Assembly (NCBI GenBank): GCA_019239775.1
Contig: JAFAZN010000199.1
Coordinates: forward strand, 26,690 to 90,689
DNA from: Chloroflexota bacterium
GTDB lineage: Bacteria; Chloroflexota; UBA6077; CF-72
Direction of reading: 5' to 3'
DNA: 64,000 nucleotides
The translations under genes were made by a program, and so were the position numbers. Of this stretch, positions 15,532 to 25,504 are shown piece by piece (positions within the stretch are counted from its first letter, which is position 1; every line of letters starts with the position of its first letter). A model generated the notes under the pieces. That model did not search any database, was not told the DNA's origin, and worked only from the letters and a program-made list of their open reading frames with translations.

Positions 15532-17364
15532 TCAGCCTTTCTCGGTGGTCATCGCCATCGGCAAAGTGAACGCCATTACCGCTCCGCCGCCAGGTCGCTG
15601 TTCCGTCCAGATGCGCCCACGCTGTGAACGAATAATGCTGCGACAGATGGCCAGGCCCAGTCCCGTTCCCGGTTTGGCGGGGTAGGCACCGGTTGGCTCG
15701 CGGAAAAACGGCTCGAAAATGCGCTCGGCGTGTTCGGGTGGAACGCCGAGTCCCCGATCCTCGATCCTGAAGACCACAAACCTTCCGTCGATATGCGCCT
15801 CGATTGTGATCGGCTCTGATTGCGGCGAATACTTCGCGGCGTTGTCGAGGAGGTTCGCGACGACTCGCTCCACCTGCGATGCATCCGCGAGGACGGCCGG
15901 AAGCTCGGGCGCCACATGCAACTCGAGGCGCCGGTCGGGGAATGACGTCCGGACCCGATCGATGCCGGCGGCCACGAGTGACACTGGCGCAACCGGGCGA
16001 CGCTGTGCCGGATCGAGTCCGCCCGAATCTATGCGTGACAGGTCGAGCAGGATATCCACGAGGGATGCGAGTCGGTCGGCCTCATGCTCGATTTCAGCCA
16101 GAAAGTCATCACGGGTTGTCGCGTCCCATGCGGCGTCGTTTGTTCGCAAGGTGCTCACAAAACCTTTGATGTGGCTGAGTGGAGTGCGGAGCTCGTGTGA
16201 CGTCGCGGCGACGAAGTCTTCACGCGCCTGGTTGGCGCGTTCGGCGATCTGGCGCCACCGGACGTATTCCAACCAGGCGGCGCACCGTCGTGCCACCCTA
16301 TCCGCCACCGACTGATCGGATTGGGAATACGTCAGACCGCCGCGACCAGTGCCGACGGAAAGGACTCCGAGCGTTTGTCCGTGAATACGCATCGGAACAA
16401 GGAGCACACGCTGCACTCCGAGCATGCGTAGCGCCTCTACGTGGCGCCGACCCAGCACCCCGGTCCTGGTGGAGTCCATCTCGATGTTCTCGACCAGAAC
16501 AGGCAAGCCTCGATCCAATAAGCCTAGCGGTTTTCTGGGTGACGTGATGCCATCCGGGAGTAACTGGTGCAACAACTGCTCCTTTTGCGGGTCCGCGTGC
16601 GCGGTCGCCATCTGCCGCAAGCGGCCATGCTCATCGATGGTTTGAACGCAGGACCACTCGCCCAGCCGCTGGAGAAGCAAGCGCGCGACCAACCCCAGAC
16701 TCTTGGAGCCACGCTCGGCATCGCCGGCGCTGTCGAGTGTCGAGCTTATTGCTGCCATCATGCGGTCCTGGCGCACGATGTCGTATGCGCCAAGCTCCGC
16801 TCGCATGCGCACCTGTCGCTCGCTATCGAAGACTCCAGCTCGATAGAGGGCCACGCCGGCCGCCTCGGTCAATGCGCGCATCGACGCACGTTGGACGGAG
16901 GTCAGCCACTGTCGTTCAAAGCTCCAGCCGACCGCACCGAGTATGACGCCATCGATTTGCAGAGGTAGCGCGGCCCACGCGCAGGCGTTGCCGGACGCTT
17001 CAATGCCAGGGTAGGCGTCCGCCAGGACGTTCGGATCGGTGAGCCACAGCTCCTTACGCGAGCGCACGACATCGCAGAGTGGAAAACGCTGGCTAAGGGC
17101 AAGCGTACCGGTGCGCGTCGCACTGGCGGGGTCGTCACCAACGGCATGGATGACGCGTAGTTCAGTCCGTTCTGTGTTGAGCAGGACCAGTGCCCCGCTA
17201 TTGGCCGCGGCGGCCGCGCAACCTCCTTCTACCACGACCTTCGCGACTTGTTCCGAGGTAATGGCTCGATCGAGTCGGGCAAATACCCCCTCCAACCGCG
17301 CTACTCCATCCGTCGCGTGAGCGACCTCTGGGCTCATTCGATGTGCTGTAAGTTGTGTGCGCAT
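15532..17364 (-). CDS. Tandem-GAF sensor histidine kinase with KdpD-like catalytic core
   Basis: [52 protein letters not shown] prefer the start at ATG 17364 (MRTQLTAH), which is preceded by GGGGGAAGGG. The maximal ORF reaches 17436. Confidence 0.85.
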   Translation of the reverse strand: MRTQLTAHRMSPEVAHATDGVARLEGVFARLDRAITSEQVAKVVVEGGCAAAAANSGALVLLNTERTELRVIHAVGDDPASATRTGTLALSQRFPLCDVVRSRKELWLTDPNVLADAYPGIEASGNACAWAALPLQIDGVILGAVGWSFERQWLTSVQRASMRALTEAAGVALYRAGVFDSERQVRMRAELGAYDIVRQDRMMAAISSTLDSAGDAERGSKSLGLVARLLLQRLGEWSCVQTIDEHGRLRQMATAHADPQKEQLLHQLLPDGITSPRKPLGLLDRGLPVLVENIEMDSTRTGVLGRRHVEALRMLGVQRVLLVPMRIHGQTLGVLSVGTGRGGLTYSQSDQSVADRVARRCAAWLEYVRWRQIAERANQAREDFVAATSHELRTPLSHIKGFVSTLRTNDAAWDATTRDDFLAEIEHEADRLASLVDILLDLSRIDSGGLDPAQRRPVAPVSLVAAGIDRVRTSFPDRRLELHVAPELPAVLADASQVERVVANLLDNAAKYSPQSEPITIEAHIDGRFVVFRIEDRGLGVPPEHAERIFEPFFREPTGAYPAKPGTGLGLAICRSIIRSQRGRIWTEQRPGGGAVMAFTLPMAMTTEKG

Positions 17365-17556
17365 ATCACTGCCCTTCCCCCTTCGATACATTCCCGTCAA
17401 GGGGGTCGCTGTGAAGCGTGGCGACCGGGTCCACAATCGTCAATCTGCCGTTCGGCCCAAACCCCTCGGCCAGACGGCGGCCGGTTCAGGTGGTGTTCAG
17501 GCCCGATTGTGTCCCAGCCGGGTGGCGTCGGAGCACCGCCGCGGAACCTATCCGTC

Positions 17557-18024
17557 GTGAATCGACCTCTCGTCGGTGCTCTCTTGCTGTGTCTGGCAGT
17601 CGGAGCGTCCGCCGCGAGCCTGGTGCTCGCTCACGATGCACCAGCGGATGCGGGCGCCGTTGTCACAGTGAGGTCGCTGGAGTCCGCGTTGAACGCTCAC
17701 GACTCCGAATCAGTCGTCGGATTGTTCGCAAGCACTGCGAACGTCCAGAACCAGCATCCGCCACAAACACATGAACAGATTCAGGGTTGGATCGACGAGC
17801 TGATACGCCAGGACATCCATCTTGCAGCGAGAGGCAAGCCAAGCGAATCGGGGACAGAGGTCACCTGGCGCATCTGGCTGGACCTGCAAATGTATCGTGC
17901 GCTAGGTCTGGCATTCGTCCCCGCAACGTTGCGGGCGCAGGTGGTCAATCGCGGGATAACATTCCTGTCAATTCGACCGGATCCAGATTGGACGTCGCTG
18001 CTCTCCGACTCGGCCATCACCTGA
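17557..18024 (+). CDS. Small secreted protein, possibly NTF2/SnoaL-like
   Basis: GTG 17557 gives the signal peptide VNRPLVGALLLCLAVGASAAS. The upstream part of the track ORF overlaps the kinase and looks non-coding. The fold call is a guess. Confidence 0.45.
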   Translation: MNRPLVGALLLCLAVGASAASLVLAHDAPADAGAVVTVRSLESALNAHDSESVVGLFASTANVQNQHPPQTHEQIQGWIDELIRQDIHLAARGKPSESGTEVTWRIWLDLQMYRALGLAFVPATLRAQVVNRGITFLSIRPDPDWTSLLSDSAIT

Positions 18025-18025
18025 C

Positions 18026-19291
18026 GTGCCATCTGGCTATCGGATCAACCGCCGAATAGCGGGTACGGTGATCGTCGCGCTTTGCCTGATTGCCGCATGC
18101 GCACCTGCGTCACCAGTGCCGGCGACCGCACCCGCGCCGACGGCACGTCCCTCCCCGTCGCCGATCCCAACCCCCACCGCGCTTCCGTACGGCACAGGTC
18201 CCTTGCGTGCCGATGGCGGCACGCTCTTCGACGCCGGCGGGCAACCAGTGCGCTTGACAGGCGTGAACTGGTCTGGCATGGAAACCTCGAACTACGCTCC
18301 GATCGGACTCGATTCGCGCACGCTGGACGATATGCTGGACGAAATTGTCTCGACGGGCTTCAACACGATACGGCTGCCATTCAGCAATCAGATGCTGACC
18401 GCCGCGACGCCGCGTGGTATCAACTTCGATCTGAATCCAACCCTCAAGGGTCTCAGCGCACTCCAGCTCATGGACCGGCTGATCCGCGACGCAGGCCAGC
18501 GCGGCCTGCGCGTCGTGCTCGATCGGCACCGGCCGACGGATGACGCCCAGTCGGAGCTCTGGTACAGCCCTCAGATCTCTGAGGCGCGGTGGATCGAGGA
18601 TTGGGTGATGTTGGCCACCCATTATCGGGACGAGCCGACCGTCGTAGGGGCGGATCTGACCAACGAACCGCACGGGTCCGCCACCTGGGGCGATGACAAT
18701 CCGCAAACTGACTGGCGTCTCGCGGCGGAGCGCGCAGGCAACGCCATTCTTGCGGCGAATCCCAACTGGCTGATCATTGTTGAAGGCATTCAAAACGTCG
18801 GTAGCGACACGTACTGGTGGGGCGGCAACCTGAGCGCTTCCGCGGCTGCTCCAGTTCGATTGTCCAACCCGGGCCGCCTTGTGTACTCCGCCCATGACTA
18901 TGGTCCCCAGGAGTCCGGCCAAACCTGGCTGCGGCCGCCTGAATTTCCGTCCAACCTGCCGAGTGTGTGGCGCGCGCACTGGGCGTTCTTGCAGCAAGAC
19001 GGGATCGCGCCCGTGCTGGTAGGTGAGTTCGGTGGTCGATCGATAGGCGACGATGCCGAGGGCGTATGGCAGCGCACCTTGATCGACTTTCTGGCCCAGG
19101 GAGCATTCAGCTACACTTACTGGGTCTGGAACCCGGATGGCTGGGTCGGGGGATTACTGACGGACGGTCGGGGGACGGTCGATCAGGCGAAATTGAACCT
19201 GTTAGGGCCCTCGCAGTCGGCATTGCTCAGCAGGCCGGCTCCCCAACCGTCACCATCATCCACGGCGTACGGGTTCCATTCGGCTAACTGA
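18026..19291 (+). CDS. GH5 endo-beta-1,4-glucanase (Acidothermus E1-like), lipoprotein
   Basis: Lipobox LIAAC. GVNWSGMETSNYAPIGL, FNTIRLPFS, VLDRHRP, SELWY, LTNEPHG (acid/base), WWGGNL, YSAHDYGP, VGEFGG (nucleophile). Confidence 0.9.
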   Translation: MPSGYRINRRIAGTVIVALCLIAACAPASPVPATAPAPTARPSPSPIPTPTALPYGTGPLRADGGTLFDAGGQPVRLTGVNWSGMETSNYAPIGLDSRTLDDMLDEIVSTGFNTIRLPFSNQMLTAATPRGINFDLNPTLKGLSALQLMDRLIRDAGQRGLRVVLDRHRPTDDAQSELWYSPQISEARWIEDWVMLATHYRDEPTVVGADLTNEPHGSATWGDDNPQTDWRLAAERAGNAILAANPNWLIIVEGIQNVGSDTYWWGGNLSASAAAPVRLSNPGRLVYSAHDYGPQESGQTWLRPPEFPSNLPSVWRAHWAFLQQDGIAPVLVGEFGGRSIGDDAEGVWQRTLIDFLAQGAFSYTYWVWNPDGWVGGLLTDGRGTVDQAKLNLLGPSQSALLSRPAPQPSPSSTAYGFHSAN

Positions 19292-19334
19292 CGCGTAGAA
19301 AAAGGGGTCCGTGTGGATCGTGCGCGTAGGCTGA

Positions 19335-20141
19335 GTGTGGATCAAGTCGCGTATGCCGCCGCACGAAGTTCTGCAGATTCATCTCTTCGAACCGCTGCAC
19401 ATCCAATTGGGAGCTCGACCTCCGCTCGATGTGAATTATCCGCGTCGCAAAGCCAAGGCACTCTTCGTTTACCTGTATCTCAACCGCGGCCGCTGGATAT
19501 CGAAGTACCAACTGCTGGCGGATCTGTGGCCGGAGTCCGAGCACGCCGATCCCGGCCGGGTCAAGCACACGATCCAGATCCTGAGGTCCGCGTTGGAAGG
19601 ACAACGTCCGATCGACGGGTGGCAGGTCATCCTGGAAAAAGGCGGATCGTACGCGTTCAACGCGAGTTTGGACTGGACCAGCGACGTGGAACAATTCGAG
19701 GATACGCTGCGTCTCGCCCGTGCCACCCGGGACCTCGGCGACAAAAGTGCTGCGCGCGAATACTTTCGCGCGGCCATTGCTATCAGGCGCGGTGCGTTCC
19801 TCTCGGAGTTCCGCTACGACGACTGGGCCGCCGTGGAAATCGCCCGGCAGCACGAGCTGTTCATGCAGGCACTCGAAGAAGCGGCTCGGCTGGAGATCAG
19901 CGCGGGTAAGTACACGAACGCGATCGAGCTCTCGCGCTCGGCGATTCGCGAGGACTCGCTGCACGAAAGTAGCTACGTCGAGCTCATGCGCGCACTGTGG
20001 CTGGATGGCCGGCGCACCGACGCCCTGCGTGAGTACCACCGCCTCCGCGACATCCTTGCCAAACGCCTCGACGTCGAGCCGCAAACCCAGACCACGCAAC
20101 TGTATGAGGCTATTCGCCGCGACTCGGCCGTCGCCGTGTAA
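19335..20141 (+). CDS. SARP-family regulator (OmpR-type wHTH + BTAD)
   Basis: 268 aa: RRKAKALFVYLYLNRGRWISKYQLLADLWPE, then the BTAD pattern FEDTLRLA...YFRAAIAIRRGAFLSEF..DDWA...EL.RALWLDGRRTDALREYHRLRDILAKRLDVEP. Confidence 0.85.
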   Translation: MWIKSRMPPHEVLQIHLFEPLHIQLGARPPLDVNYPRRKAKALFVYLYLNRGRWISKYQLLADLWPESEHADPGRVKHTIQILRSALEGQRPIDGWQVILEKGGSYAFNASLDWTSDVEQFEDTLRLARATRDLGDKSAAREYFRAAIAIRRGAFLSEFRYDDWAAVEIARQHELFMQALEEAARLEISAGKYTNAIELSRSAIREDSLHESSYVELMRALWLDGRRTDALREYHRLRDILAKRLDVEPQTQTTQLYEAIRRDSAVAV

Positions 20142-20159
20142 GCTGACGGCGGCGAAACA

Positions 20160-22538
20160 ATGGCCTGGGTTTCGCGCGATGCGGGCAACCTCGTCGGGCG
20201 TGATGCGGACTTGGCTCAGTTGCGGACGCTGCACGCCGGTGCACGCCTGCTCACGGTGCTCGGACCACCTGGTGTGGGCAAGACTCGCCTGGGCATGCAC
20301 CTCGCGGCGACGGTCGGCAGGGATTACCCCGATGGCGTGTGGTTTGCTGATGTTGCCGCGATTGCGGACCCGACAATGCTGCCACACGTCCTTTGCCGGC
20401 TCACGGAGGCGCGCCAGGAGCCAGGCCGGACCGCGCTGGACGCGTTGGTCGACCATCTTCGAACTCGCAGCGCGCTGTTAATTCTCGACGGCTGCGAACG
20501 TGCGCTCGAAGTGTGCACTGCCCTCGCGCGAACCCTGTGCGACAGTTGCCCGCACTTGCACGTGATCGCAATCAGTCGTGAACCGATGAATACCAGCGGC
20601 GATACGATCTGGCGCACACCACCACTCGCCGTGCCCACACTCACAGCCGCCCGCGATGAAGTAGCCACTACCGACTCGGTGCAGCTGATGGTGGCGCGCG
20701 CGCGGCAACACGATGCGCGGTTCTCCATCACCCGCGCCAATTGGGCGCCCATCGCGGAGATGTGTCGTCGTCTGGGCGGATTGCCTCTCGCGGTCGAACT
20801 GGTCGCGCCACATATTTCCTCGCGATCGACGCCAGTCCTGCCAATTGCGGAGCTGCGCGAGCACACGAACCGCGAGCAGATCCTGCGAACCACGCTTCGC
20901 TGGGCGACCGCAAACGAGCAGTTGCCACACTTGGCCCGACTCTTGTTGTGTCGTCTATCTGTTTTCGCCGGTACATTCGATGCCGATTCGGCGAAGACGA
21001 TCTGTAGCGACCGAAAGTTGCCCCGGCGGACCATCGAGTCGAATCTCGATCGGCTTGCGAACGCATCACTTCTGGTGCGCGAGGCAACCGCGGACGCGAA
21101 GCGCTATCGAATGCTGGACAGTGTCCGGGAGTTCGCGCTCGAACAACTGTCAGACTCCGGCGAGGAGGACGCGTTCAGGAACAACCTCCTCGAGTACATG
21201 GTCGGACTCGCGGAGCGAGTGGTGCCGGAGGCGGTTGACCCGGCGCACGCTACGGTGCTTGAACGCGAGATCGACAACATCCGCGCAGCTTTGAGCTGGG
21301 CGCTGCGTCGCGGTGAGGACCTCTCCGCCTTGCGATTGGCGCTCGCCGCCTGCTCATTGTGGTACTTCCGCGGGTATTACGCAGAAGGCTCCGAGTGGCT
21401 GGAGCGCGCGTTGCAGCAGGCGGCAGACGCTCCGCCTCCCATACGTGCGCGCGCGGCGGCATGGCTTGGGCAGCTCCTTCAGTTTCGCGGAGAATACGCC
21501 GCTGCCGAGCGGTGGTTGACCCTGGCCGCCGAGCTCCACCAGGTGAGCGGCGATGCTGTGGGCTCCGCTTTTGCAACCGGCATGCTTGGCCAGCTCTTGC
21601 TGATGAGAGGTGAGCTCGAACGAGCTCGGGAATTCGCCAGTCAAGCAGCCGAACGACTCGAAAGCCTGGGCCATCCCATGCACGTCGCCAGCCGCCTTCA
21701 ACTGGCGATTGTCTCGGTGGAGGTGGGTGATCTCACTGCTGCGCGAGCGATCATCCAGCAGTGCGCAGCGCAACGACCCGACCCGAGCGGAATGCTTGGC
21801 GCGTGGTTGCGCTTCCTCGAGGGGCGCGTCGGGGCCGCGGCGCGCAATCTAGTCATCGCGCGCCAGTGTTTTACGCAAGCGTTAGGGGCCAGTCGTGCGC
21901 TCCGCGAACAGACGGCCATCGTCGCGGCCCTGGTCGAGTTAGGCTATGTGGACCTGGGACAACATGAACCCAACCAGGCCCAGGCGGCGTTTCTGGAAGC
22001 GGTCGACCTGGCACGCCAGTCGAGCGACCGGATGCAGTGCGCTCGCGCGGTTGAGGGCCTTGCCGGTACGGTGGCGGACGATCGTCCATTCCTTGCCATT
22101 CGTCTCATAAGCGCCGCGGATCGGTTGCGCACGCTGCTGGGCGCAACCGCGTGGCCACGCGATCGCGGCCGGGCGCAGAGCTGGCTTGCGGCTGCACAGG
22201 CCCAGCTTTCGCAGCGTGAGTATGTGGCCGCCTGGGAACTCGGCCAATCCGACGGCATCGACGAAGCAGTCTCTCTCGTGTGGCAGTTTCCACCGGATGC
22301 CCAATCCTCTACGCCCCAAGCTCCCGCCTTTACGGTGCGCGAGCGCCAGATCGTCAGGCTGTTGGCGCGTGCTGCGACGAATGAACAGATCGCCCGACAG
22401 TTAGGAATCCGCCCGTCCACAGCGCGCACACACGTCGAGCATGTCATGGCCAAGCTGGGTCTTCACAAACGGACGGAGGTCGTGCTGTGGGCGAGCCAGC
22501 ACGTCGCCAGCGATGAAATCAGCCTGGCGCGGGCGTAG
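20160..22538 (+). CDS. STAND-type P-loop NTPase / helical-repeat / LuxR-HTH regulator, paralog 3
   Basis: GPPGVGKT, LLILDGCE, VIAISREPM, TPR-like middle, C-terminal FTVRERQIVRLLARAATNEQIARQLGIRPSTARTHVEHVMAKLG. Lies 18 nt downstream of the SARP gene. Confidence 0.85.
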   Translation: MAWVSRDAGNLVGRDADLAQLRTLHAGARLLTVLGPPGVGKTRLGMHLAATVGRDYPDGVWFADVAAIADPTMLPHVLCRLTEARQEPGRTALDALVDHLRTRSALLILDGCERALEVCTALARTLCDSCPHLHVIAISREPMNTSGDTIWRTPPLAVPTLTAARDEVATTDSVQLMVARARQHDARFSITRANWAPIAEMCRRLGGLPLAVELVAPHISSRSTPVLPIAELREHTNREQILRTTLRWATANEQLPHLARLLLCRLSVFAGTFDADSAKTICSDRKLPRRTIESNLDRLANASLLVREATADAKRYRMLDSVREFALEQLSDSGEEDAFRNNLLEYMVGLAERVVPEAVDPAHATVLEREIDNIRAALSWALRRGEDLSALRLALAACSLWYFRGYYAEGSEWLERALQQAADAPPPIRARAAAWLGQLLQFRGEYAAAERWLTLAAELHQVSGDAVGSAFATGMLGQLLLMRGELERAREFASQAAERLESLGHPMHVASRLQLAIVSVEVGDLTAARAIIQQCAAQRPDPSGMLGAWLRFLEGRVGAAARNLVIARQCFTQALGASRALREQTAIVAALVELGYVDLGQHEPNQAQAAFLEAVDLARQSSDRMQCARAVEGLAGTVADDRPFLAIRLISAADRLRTLLGATAWPRDRGRAQSWLAAAQAQLSQREYVAAWELGQSDGIDEAVSLVWQFPPDAQSSTPQAPAFTVRERQIVRLLARAATNEQIARQLGIRPSTARTHVEHVMAKLGLHKRTEVVLWASQHVASDEISLARA

Positions 22539-24843
22539 CAGCCGTCGGCTGACGCATGCGAATCCGGTAGATGCCCTGCGCATCGGAGTAGTAGAGCGCG
22601 CCGTCAGGTCCGGTGGCGACATCGGAGCTGCAGCCTTGCTTCACGACCTCCTCAAAGCCGATCCGGTCGAAGGTTTGGGACGCGACATGTACGCGACGCA
22701 GCTGCTGCAGGTTCGCATTGCAGTAGAACCAGTCATTGGTCCAGTCGGGCAGTTGGTTGCCCAGATAGAACGTCGACCCAGTCAACCGGACCGGCGGCTT
22801 GATCACCGCCAGCGGCTGTAACGTGCCATAGTCTCCGCCGCGCACGATCATCTGTAACGCGTCGTGGTCCCCACTACTTTCTGCCGCGAGCAACTGATGC
22901 CCGAGTGGGTGAAACGCGAGGCTGGCGACATGATGGAGACCATACGCCCAAATCGCTGGCTGCTTCCCCTGCTGACCAACGAAGGGATTATCATCCGGTA
23001 CGGTTCCATCTGCATTGATGCGGAGAATCGTGCCTGACAGTGTCATGAGGTCTGGCGCCTTGCCAGTCGGACGGTCGTCGGCCACCGATACGTACAGTTT
23101 GCCATCCGGCCCAAACTGGATCGCGCCTGCGCCTGGCAGGTCCTGCAGGATCGGCTTCAAATCGGTCCCTTTGCTGTCAACGTCGGTGAGACGTACGATC
23201 TCGGAGGGCCCACTTGGAGCGGCGTAATAGGCATACACGAAGTGGTTGCGCTGAAAATCCGGATCCAGCGTAAGCCCGAACAAGCCCGAGTCTGGCTGAC
23301 TGGCAACCAGGAGCTGATAGAACGGATCTGGCAGCAACGCTCCGTCCTGCACGACGCGAATCGTGCCGGTCCGCTGCTCTGCATAAAACAGGCGCCCGTC
23401 CGGCGCGAACGACATCGCGGCCGGCATCGCCGCTCCGCTGACAAACGGTTCGGCAATGGCGCTGGCCGGCAGCTTGTCCGGTGGCAGTGCGCCTTGCGGC
23501 AACGGCGTCGGACTGGGTACCAGTGTGGGCGTCGCAGATGGAGTGGAACTCGCCGCCGGCATCGTGCTCGTGCGACTCATGACCATTCCAACCGGCTGAG
23601 ACGCCAATGCGACCGTCCGCATGACCTGAACAGTATCGGCGCTGATCACATCCAGCGCGTTCGTCGCCGCATCGCTTACAAACAGCACGGTCCCGTCCGG
23701 GTTCAGCGCGATTCCGGCCGGTTTGCTACCGACCGGCACCTGCGCCCGCACGCTTGTGGCGTCCGGTGTAACGAGCCATACGGCGCCGGTATCGTCACCA
23801 CCAACGACGTACAACGTGCCATCGTTTCCGATCGTTCCGGCCGAGGGCGGTGCGCCCAGGTCCAGGCGGTTTGCAATTCGCGATGTCGCGGTGTCGATTG
23901 ACACCACCTGGTTCAGCGTGCCAACGAGTACGTAGACACGTTGTCTCGCGGGATCAGGCAGCAGAAGCGTGGGTCCGCCACCGATGTCCAGTGCGTTTAG
24001 CACTGCGCCAGAACCTCCGTCTAGTGCCCACACGGTGCCGGTGCCAGCATCCGCTGCATAGAGGACGTCGCCGCTCGGACCAGCTCCTACTGCGAGGCTG
24101 GTGATTCGGTGAGGCAGGCTGACATCGGACGTCTGTTGCCCCAATGGAATGCGGCCGAACTCTTTGCCAGCACTGGAAGCAAACACCACCGTGCCGCCAA
24201 CTGCCACATATGCTCGCGATGCATCGGTTGAAAACGCAACCGCCAGCGGGCTCTCACCCTCGCGGAACTGGATGTCCTCGCGCCTGGCGCCACTGGGTAC
24301 ATCAAGGAGCGCCACTGAACCACCACGCCCCTGAGGTTTGAACACCCATGCCGTGCGCCCGTCCGGCGCCAACGTCATGCTGCCGGCTGGTTCGCTCAAG
24401 TCGACCGTACGTACTACGCGAGCCGAAACGGGATCGATCTCGGCGATACGGTTGTCTTTGGCCATACTGACCGCCACCAGCGGCACCAGTGTCTGCGCGG
24501 ACGGACTGGGGCTGGCAGCAACACGACTGGGCTTCGGCGGCACGGACGGCGAACCGCTGACACCTCCGGTCAGAGTAGAACCACCGGCTGGTCTAGGAAG
24601 TGGTTGGTCGGTGCTCTCCGGTTGGACCGTCGTTTCGAGAGTTCCTGGGTCAACACTTCGTGCGTCAACACCTCGTGGGTCAAAGTCCGGAGGATCGCTA
24701 TTGGTTACGGCAGTAACTGCGATGGGTGCGGTAGTAACGGTAGGTTGCATCGGATTTGATAGGTGGGGCTCGCAACCACCTTGCGCAAGCGCCACAGCGC
24801 CCAGCACCACCGCAACCGCCGCCGCCGCGCGAGTCCAGTGCAT
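22519..24843 (-). CDS. Secreted two-propeller protein: YVTN/YncE-like repeats + degenerate PQQ sugar dehydrogenase (GSDH)-like domain
   Basis: 774 aa. N-terminal signal/anchor, YVTN-type repeats (about nt 23584-24486), a P/S/T linker, then FAPDGRLFYAEQRTGTIRVVQDG...GLFGLTLDPDF...FGPDGKLYVS (about nt 22549-23460). Several GSDH consensus motifs are replaced (see findings). Confidence 0.8.
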   Translation of the reverse strand: MHWTRAAAAVAVVLGAVALAQGGCEPHLSNPMQPTVTTAPIAVTAVTNSDPPDFDPRGVDARSVDPGTLETTVQPESTDQPLPRPAGGSTLTGGVSGSPSVPPKPSRVAASPSPSAQTLVPLVAVSMAKDNRIAEIDPVSARVVRTVDLSEPAGSMTLAPDGRTAWVFKPQGRGGSVALLDVPSGARREDIQFREGESPLAVAFSTDASRAYVAVGGTVVFASSAGKEFGRIPLGQQTSDVSLPHRITSLAVGAGPSGDVLYAADAGTGTVWALDGGSGAVLNALDIGGGPTLLLPDPARQRVYVLVGTLNQVVSIDTATSRIANRLDLGAPPSAGTIGNDGTLYVVGGDDTGAVWLVTPDATSVRAQVPVGSKPAGIALNPDGTVLFVSDAATNALDVISADTVQVMRTVALASQPVGMVMSRTSTMPAASSTPSATPTLVPSPTPLPQGALPPDKLPASAIAEPFVSGAAMPAAMSFAPDGRLFYAEQRTGTIRVVQDGALLPDPFYQLLVASQPDSGLFGLTLDPDFQRNHFVYAYYAAPSGPSEIVRLTDVDSKGTDLKPILQDLPGAGAIQFGPDGKLYVSVADDRPTGKAPDLMTLSGTILRINADGTVPDDNPFVGQQGKQPAIWAYGLHHVASLAFHPLGHQLLAAESSGDHDALQMIVRGGDYGTLQPLAVIKPPVRLTGSTFYLGNQLPDWTNDWFYCNANLQQLRRVHVASQTFDRIGFEEVVKQGCSSDVATGPDGALYYSDAQGIYRIRMRQPTAATPAPG

Positions 24844-25029
24844 CTGACGAACAGTCTGGCGGACCGACCTGACCGAATCTGTTGTGGGTTACTGCTCCCG
24901 CCTGAACGGCACCTGGCAATGTCACGGCGTCTGGGGCGCGTTCAAGGCGAATGCGGCAAGTGTCAGCGGCGCGTCGATTGACCTGGCGTACGGTCGCCGC
25001 ATTCGTGTTCACGGAGGTTTGAGAAGTCC

Positions 25030-25500
25030 ATGATGTCTTTCCGCGCACCGTTCGTTGTCGCCTGCCTGACCGTGGCTTCATTTGCCGCGCCAGCCACCCA
25101 TGCGCAGCAAATGAGTCCCGACTTCAACAGGCAGGTACAGACGACGTTGCCGTCAAATGAGCAGCTCCTGGGACAAATCCAGGACGCACTGCCCACGGAG
25201 GATCTTTCAACTGTTGTCGACCAGACCAATGGGTCCGTCAGCACCGCGCAAGACCTCGTCGACCAATTGCAATCAGCGCTGAGCCTTGCTCCTGACGACA
25301 TCACGCGATCGCGCATCGAAGGTGTGTTGAGCCACACGCACGCCGCACTGGATTCATTGGAAGCGGCGCAGAGCGAATCCTCGCTGGACTCCGCTCGCGG
25401 CCGGCTGGACCAGGCGCGGGGCGAGGCGCAAGAAGCCCTCAGCGAACTGCGACCGTTCGTGCTGGGGTTGGTTGCCACCGGGGACATCACTGGAAAGTAG
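25030..25500 (+). CDS. Secreted helical protein of unknown function
   Basis: 156 aa with signal peptide FVVACLTVASFAAPATHA. Ala/Leu/Gln/Asp-rich helical sequence. GGAGG lies 9 nt upstream of the start. Confidence 0.5.
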   Translation: MMSFRAPFVVACLTVASFAAPATHAQQMSPDFNRQVQTTLPSNEQLLGQIQDALPTEDLSTVVDQTNGSVSTAQDLVDQLQSALSLAPDDITRSRIEGVLSHTHAALDSLEAAQSESSLDSARGRLDQARGEAQEALSELRPFVLGLVATGDITGK

Positions 25501-25504
25501 CCGG

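Noticed and set aside
18110-18997. 295-aa minus ORF, and similar shadows at 36668..37567, 38736..39695 and 40341..40937
   Set aside because: Each is antisense to a glycoside hydrolase gene with catalytic NEP and GEFG motifs. All are R/G/P-rich with no domains.
19284-20456. 390-aa minus-strand ORF
   Set aside because: Antisense shadow of the SARP gene and the 5' end of the third STAND-LuxR gene, both of which have clear domain signatures. No motifs of its own.
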